Below the pieces are notes generated by a model. The model did no database searches and had not been told where the DNA came from. It saw only the letters and a list, made by a program, of their open reading frames with translations. 64,000 bases of DNA from Eledone cirrhosa (Eukaryota), in contig OZ024742.1 of assembly GCA_964016885.1 (NCBI GenBank), positions 350,424,001 through 350,488,000 on the forward strand. Reading direction: 5' to 3'. The translations under genes and the position numbers were made by a program. Shown one piece after another: positions 57,121-64,000 of the stretch (position 1 is its first letter; each line of letters opens with the position of its first letter).

Positions 57121-60100
57121 GTCATACAATTTAGAGTTTCAGTATAATGTCGTCATACAATTTAGAGTTTCAGTATAATGTCGTCATACAATTTAGAGTT
57201 TCAGTATAATGTCGTCATACAATTTAGAGTTTCTGTATAATGTCGTCATACAATTTAGAGTTTCAGTATAATGTCGTCATACAGTTTAGAGTTTCTGTAT
57301 AATGTCGTCATACAATTTAGAGTTTCAGTATAATGTCGTCATACAATTTAGAGTTTCAGTATAATGTCGTCATACAGTTTAGAGTTTCTGTATAATGTCG
57401 TCATACAGTTTAGAGTTTCTGGATAATGTCGTCATACAATTTAGAGTTTCTGGATAATGTCGTCATACAATTTAGAGTTTCAGTATAATGTCGTCATACA
57501 GTTTAGAGTTTCTGTATAATGTCGTCATACAATTTAGAGTTTCAGTATAATGTCGTCATACAATTTAGAGTTTCAGTATAATGTCGTCATACAGTTTAGA
57601 GTTTCTGTATAATGTCGTCATACAATTTAGAGTTTCTGTATAATGTCGTCATACAATTTAGAGTTTCTGTATAATGTCGTCATACAATTTAGAGTTTCTG
57701 TATAATGTCGTCATACAATTTAGAGTTTCTGTATAATGTCGTCATACAGTTTAGAGTTTCTGTATAATGTCGTCATACAGTTTAGAGTTTCTGTATAATG
57801 TCGTCATACAATTTAGAGTTTCTGTATAATGTCGTCATACAGTTTAGAGTTTCTGTATAATGTCGTCATACAGTTTAGAGTTTCTGTATAATGTCGTCAT
57901 ACAGTTTAGAGTTTCTGTATAATGTCGTCATACAATTTAGAGTTTCTGGATAATGTCGTCATACAGTTTAGAGTTTCTGTATAATGTCGTCATACAATTT
58001 AGAGTTTCTGTATAATGTCGTCATACAATTTAGAGTTTCTGGATAATGTCGTCATACAATTTAGAGTTTCTGTATAATGTCGTCATACAATTTAGAGGTT
58101 CTGTATAATGTCGTCATACAGTTTAGAGTTTCTGGATAATGTCGTCATACAATTTAGAGTTTCAGAATAATGTCGTCATACAATTTAGAGTTTCTGTATA
58201 ATGTCGTCATACAGTTTAGAGTTTCTGTATAATGTCGTCATACAGTTTAGAGTTTCTGGATAATGTCGTCATACAATTTAGAGTTTCTGTATAATGTCGT
58301 CATACAGTTTAGAGTTTCTGGATAATGTCGTCATACAATTTAGAGTTTCTGTATAATGTCGTCATACAGTTTAGAGTTTCTGGATAATGTCGTCATACAA
58401 TTTAGAGTTTCAGTATAATGTCGTCATACAATTTAGAGTTTCTGTATAATGTCGTCATACAGTTTAGAGTTTCTGTATAATGTCGTCATACAGTTTAGAG
58501 TTTCTGGATAATGTCGTCATACAATTTAGAGTTTCTGTATAATGTCGTCATACAGTTTAGAGTTTCTGGATAATGTCGTCATACAATTTAGAGTTTCTGT
58601 ATAATGTCGTCATACAGTTTAGAGTTTCTGGATAATGTCGTCATACAGTTTAGAGTTTCTGGATAATGTCGTCATACAATTTAGAGTTTCTGGATAATGT
58701 CGTCATACAATTTAGAGTTTCAGTATAATGTCGTCATACAGTTTAGATTTTCTGTATAATGTGGTCATACAGTTTCGAGTTTCTGGATAATGTCGTCATA
58801 CAATTTAGAGTTTCAGTATAATGTCGTCATACAATTTAGAGTTTCTGTATAATGTCGTCATACAGTTTAGATTTTCTGTATAATGTCGTCATACAATTTA
58901 CAGTTTCTGTATAATGTCGTCATACAGTTTAGAGTTTCTGGATAATGTCGTCATACAATTTAGAGTTTCTGTATAATGTCGTCATACAGTTTAGAGTTTC
59001 TGGATAATGTCGTCATACAATTTAGAGTTTCTGGATAATGTCGTCATACAATTTAGAGTTTCAGTATAATGTCGTCATACAATTTAGAGTTTCAGTATAA
59101 TGTCGTCATACAGTTTAGATTTTCTGTATAATGTCGTCATACAGTTTAGAGTTTCTGGATAATGTCGTCATACAATTTAGAGTTTCAGTATAATGTCGTC
59201 ATACAATTTAGAGTTTCTGTATAATGTCGTCATACAGTTTAGATTTTCTGTATAATGTCGTCATACAATTTAGAGTTTCAGTATAATGTCGTCATACAGT
59301 TTAGAGTTTCTGGATAATGTCGTCATACAATTTAGAGTTTCTGGATAATGTCGTCATACAGTTTAGAGTTTCAGTATAATGTCGTCATACAATTTAGAGT
59401 TTCTGGATAATGTCGTCATACAGTTTAGAGTTTCTGGATAATGTCGTCATACAGTTTAGAGTTTCAGTATAATGTCGTCATACAATTTAGAGTTTCTGGA
59501 TAATGTCGTCATACAATTTAGAGTTTCTGGATAATGTCGTCATACAATTTAGAGTTTCAGTATAATGTCGTCATACAATTTAGAGTTTCTGGATAATGTC
59601 GTCATACAGTTTAGAGTTTCTGGATAATGTCGTCATACAGTTTAGAGTTTCTGGATAATGTCGTCATACAATTTAGAGTTTCTGTATAATGTCGTCATAC
59701 AGTTTAGAGTTTCTGGATAATGTCGTCATACAATTTAGAGTTTCTGGATAATGTCGTCATACAATTTAGAGTTTCTGGATAATGTCGTCATACAATTTAG
59801 AGTTTCTGGATAATGTCGTCATACAATTTAGAGTTTCTGGATAATGTCGTCATACAGTTTAGAGTTTCTGTATAATGTCGTCATACAGTTTAGAGTTTCT
59901 GTATAATGCCGTCATACAGTTTAGAGTTTCTGGATAATGTCGTCATACAGTTTAGAGTTTCTGGATAATGTCGTCATACAATTTAGAGTTTCTGGATAAT
60001 GTCGTCATACAGTTTAGAGTTTCTGGATAATGTCGTCATACAATTTAGAGTTTCTGGATAATGTCGTCATACAGTTTAGAGTTTCTTTATAATGTCGTCA

Positions 60101-63100
60101 TACAGTTTAGAGTTTCTGTATAATGTCGTCATACAATTTAGAGTTTCTGTATAATGTCGTCATACAGTTTAGAGTTTCTGTATAATGTCGTCATACAATT
60201 TAGAGTTTCTGTATAATGTCGTCATACAGTTTAGAGTTTCTGTATAATGTCGTCATACAGTTTAGAGTTTCTGTATAATGTCGTCATACAATTTAGAGTT
60301 TCAGTATAATGTCGTCATACAGTTTAGAGTTTCTGTATAATGTCGTCATACAGTTTAGAGTTTCTGTATAATGTCGTCATACAGTTTAGAGTTTCTGTAT
60401 AATGTCGTCATACAGTTTAGAGTTTCTGGATAATGTCGTCATACAATTTAGAGTTTCTGGATAATGTCGTCATACAATTTAGAGTTTCTGGATAATGTCG
60501 TCATACAATTTAGAGTTTCTGTATAATGTCGTCATACAGTTTAGAGTTTCTGTATAATGTCGTCATACAGTTTAGAGTTTCTGGATAATGTCGTCATACA
60601 ATTTAGAGTTTCTGGATAATGTCGTCATACAATTTAGAGTTTCTGGATAATGTCGTCATACAATTTAGAGTTTCTGGATAATGTCGTCATACAATTTAGA
60701 GTTTCTGGATAATGTCGTCATACAATTTAGAGTTTCTGGATAATGTCATCATACAGTTTAGAGTTTCTGGATAATGTCGTCATACAGTTTAGAGTTTCTG
60801 GATAATGTCGTCATACAGTTTAGAGTTTCTGTATAATGTCGTCATACAATTTAGAGTTTCTGTATAATGTCGTCATACAGTTTAGAGTTTCTGTATAATG
60901 TCGTCATACAGTTTAGAGTTTCTGGATAATGTCGTCATACAATTTAGAGTTTCAGTATAATGTCGTCATACAATTTAGAGTTTCTGTATAATGTCGTCAT
61001 ACAGTTTAGATTTTCTGTATAATGTCGTCATACAATTTAGAGTTTCTGTATAATGTCGTCATACAGTTTAGAGTTTCTGGATAATGTCGTCATACAATTT
61101 AGAGTTTCAGAATAATGTCGTCATACAATTTAGAGTTTCTGTATAATGTCGTCATACAGTTTAGAGTTTCTGTATAATGTCGTCATACAGTTTAGAGTTT
61201 CTGGATAATGTCGTCATACAATTTAGAGTTTCTGTATAATGTCGTCATACAGTTTAGAGTTTCTGGATAATGTCGTCATACAATTTAGAGTTTCTGTATA
61301 ATGTCGTCATACAGTTTAGAGTTTCTGGATAATGTCGTCATACAATTTAGAGTTTCAGTATAATGTCGTCATACAATTTAGAGTTTCTGTATAATGTCGT
61401 CATACAGTTTAGAGTTTCTGTATAATGTCGTCATACAGTTTAGAGTTTCTGGATAATGTCGTCATACAATTTAGAGTTTCTGTATAATGTCGTCATACAG
61501 TTTAGAGTTTCTGGATAATGTCGTCATACAATTTAGAGTTTCTGTATAATGTCGTCATACAGTTTAGAGTTTCTGGATAATGTCGTCATACAATTTAGAG
61601 TTTCTGGATAATGTCGTCATACAATTTAGAGTTTCAGTATAATGTCGTCATACAATTTAGAGTTTCAGTATAATGTCGTCATACAGTTTAGATTTTCTGT
61701 ATAATGTCGTCATACAGTTTAGAGTTTCTGGATAATGTCGTCATACAATTTAGAGTTTCAGTATAATGTCGTCATACAATTTAGAGTTTCTGTATAATGT
61801 CGTCATACAGTTTAGATTTTCTGTATAATGTCGTCATACAATTTAGAGTTTCTGTATAATGTCGTCATACAGTTTAGAGTTTCTGGATAATGTCGTCATA
61901 CAATTTAGAGTTTCTGTATAATGTCGTCATACAGTTTAGAGTTTCTGGATAATGTCGTCATACAATTTAGAGTTTCTGGATAATGTCGTCATACAATTTA
62001 GAGTTTCAGTATAATGTCGTCATACAATTTAGAGTTTCAGTATAATGTCGTCATACAGTTTAGATTTTCTGTATAATGTCGTCATACAGTTTAGAGTTTC
62101 TGGATAATGTCGTCATACAATTTAGAGTTTCAGTATAATGTCGTCATACAATTTAGAGTTTCTGTATAATGTCGTCATACAGTTTAGATTTTCTGTATAA
62201 TGTCGTCATACAATTTAGAGTTTCAGTATAATGTCGTCATACAATTTAGAGTTTCTGGATAATGTCGTCATACAGTTTAGAGTTTCTGGATAATGTCGTC
62301 ATACAGTTTAGAGTTTCTGGATAATGTCGTCATACAATTTAGAGTTTCAGTATAATGTCGTCATACAATTTAGAGTTTCTGGATAATGTCGTCATACAGT
62401 TTAGAGTTTCTGGATAATGTCGTCATACAGTTTAGAGTTTCTGGATAATGTCGTCATACAATTTAGAGTTTCTGTATAATGTCGTCATACAGTTTAGAGT
62501 TTCTGGATAATGTCGTCATACAATTTAGAGTTTCTGGATAATGTCGTCATACAATTTAGAGTTTCTGGATAATGTCGTCATACAATTTAGAGTTTCTGTA
62601 TAATGTCGTCATACAATTTAGAGTTTCTTGATAATGTCGTCATACAATTTAGAGTTTCTGGATAATGTCGTCATACAATTTAGAGTTTCTGGATAATGTC
62701 GTCATACAATTTAGAGTTTCTGTATAATGTCGTCATACAGTTTAGAGTTTCTGTATAATGTCGTCATACAGTTTAGAGTTTCTGGATAATGTCGTCATAC
62801 AGTTTAGAGTTTCTGGATAATGTCGTCATACAATTTAGAGTTTCTGGATAATGTCGTCATACAGTTTAGAGTTTCTGGATAATGTCGTCATACAATTTAG
62901 AGTTTCTGGATAATGTCGTCATACAGTTTAGAGTTTCTTTATAATGTCGTCATACAGTTCAGAGTTTCTGTATAATGTCGTCATACAATTTAGAGTTTCT
63001 GTATAATGTCGTCATACAGTTTAGAGTTTCTCTATAATGTCGTCATACAATTTAGAGTTTCTGTATAATGTCGTCATACAGTTTAGAGTTTCTGTATAAT

Positions 63101-63756
63101 GTCGTCATACAGTTTAGAGTTTCTGTATAATGTCGTCATACAATTTAGAGTTTCTGTATAATGTCGTCATACAGTTTAGAGTTTCTGTATAATGTCGTCA
63201 TACAATTTAGAGTTTCAGTATAATGTCGTCATACAGTTTAGAGTTTCTGTATAATGTCGTCATACAGTTTAGAGTTTCTGTATAATGTCGTCATACAGTT
63301 TAGAGTTTCTGTATAATGTCGTCATACAGTTTAGAGTTTCTAGATAATGTCGTCATACAATTTAGAGTTTCTGGATAATGTCGTCATACAATTTAGAGTT
63401 TCTGGATAATGTCGTCATACAATTTAGAGTTTCTGGATAATGTCGTCATACAATTTAGAGTTTCTGGATAATGTCGTCATACAATTTAGAGTTTCTGGAT
63501 AATGTCGTCATACAATTTAGAGTTTCTGGATAATGTCGTCATACAGTTTAGAGTTTCTGGATAATGTCGTCATACAGTTTAGAGTTTCTGGATAATGTCG
63601 TCATACAGTTTAGAGTTTCTGGATAATGTCGTCATACAATTTAGAGTTTCTGGATAATGTCGTCATACAATTTAGAGTTTCTGGATAATGTCGTCATACA
63701 GTTTAGAGTTTCTGGATAATGTCGTCATACAGTTTAGAGTTTCTGGATAATGTCGT
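57121..63756. repeat. 31-bp satellite, 214 copies (GTCATACARTTTAGAGTTTCWGKATAATGTC)
   Basis: Unit starts at 57121 and 63724 differ by exactly 213x31. Both array ends lie inside the window. Confidence 0.99.
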
Positions 63757-63799
63757 AGATCTTTCACTAATCTGAGTAGTGTCCATTTGTTGCTTTTTA

Positions 63800-63985
63800 T
63801 TTCAGGTCAATAGTAATGGAACAAATCTATGATCAAATATATTCTAACCGTGACCATCCAATGTTACCATGTACTAAGTTATTCAAAGTATCTTTACCGC
63901 TTTTAAGACGGTAGAATTATATGTAAAGGGAGTTTGTTTCTATTTCAAACAGGTCAAGCAGATGCGGTAGAGTCTCCCTTTGTTG
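63800..63985. repeat. Possible degraded interspersed repeat
   Basis: GATCAAA..ATTC.AACCGTGACCATCC and GACGGTAG...GGGAG..TG...CTATTTC...CAGGTC resemble a common octopus dispersed repeat. Recalled from memory and unverified. Confidence 0.3.
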
Positions 63986-64000
63986 TATAAAGTAATGTCA

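Noticed and set aside
57121-63756. 31-bp repeat as a CRISPR array (length and GTTT(A)GAG motif are reminiscent)
   Set aside because: Units are head-to-tail with no unique spacers, there are no cas genes and the context is eukaryotic.

Overview
Eukaryotic, repeat-dominated window with no intact protein-coding gene that I can support. The SINE types, long (TA)n/(CA)n tracts and (CAA)n runs suggest an octopod/cephalopod genome; this is recalled from memory, not checked. Positions 1-44207 are about 640 copies of a 69-bp satellite arranged in successive higher-order-repeat (HOR) domains that decay toward the right edge. Almost all long ORFs in the track come from this 23-codon monomer. The array is fused directly to six copies of a 29-bp minisatellite. 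A microsatellite-rich spacer follows, containing a frameshifted restriction-like endonuclease fragment of a CRE/R2-type non-LTR retrotransposon and about ten SINE copies or fragments. Four minus-strand and four plus-strand copies of one SINE family flank a 16-bp satellite at 51883-55107. A 31-bp satellite (57121-63756, 214 units, no net indel) with nested 12-mer and about 95-mer HORs lies near the end. The most notable signals are the layered satellite architecture, the endonuclease remnant and the inverted SINE clusters.
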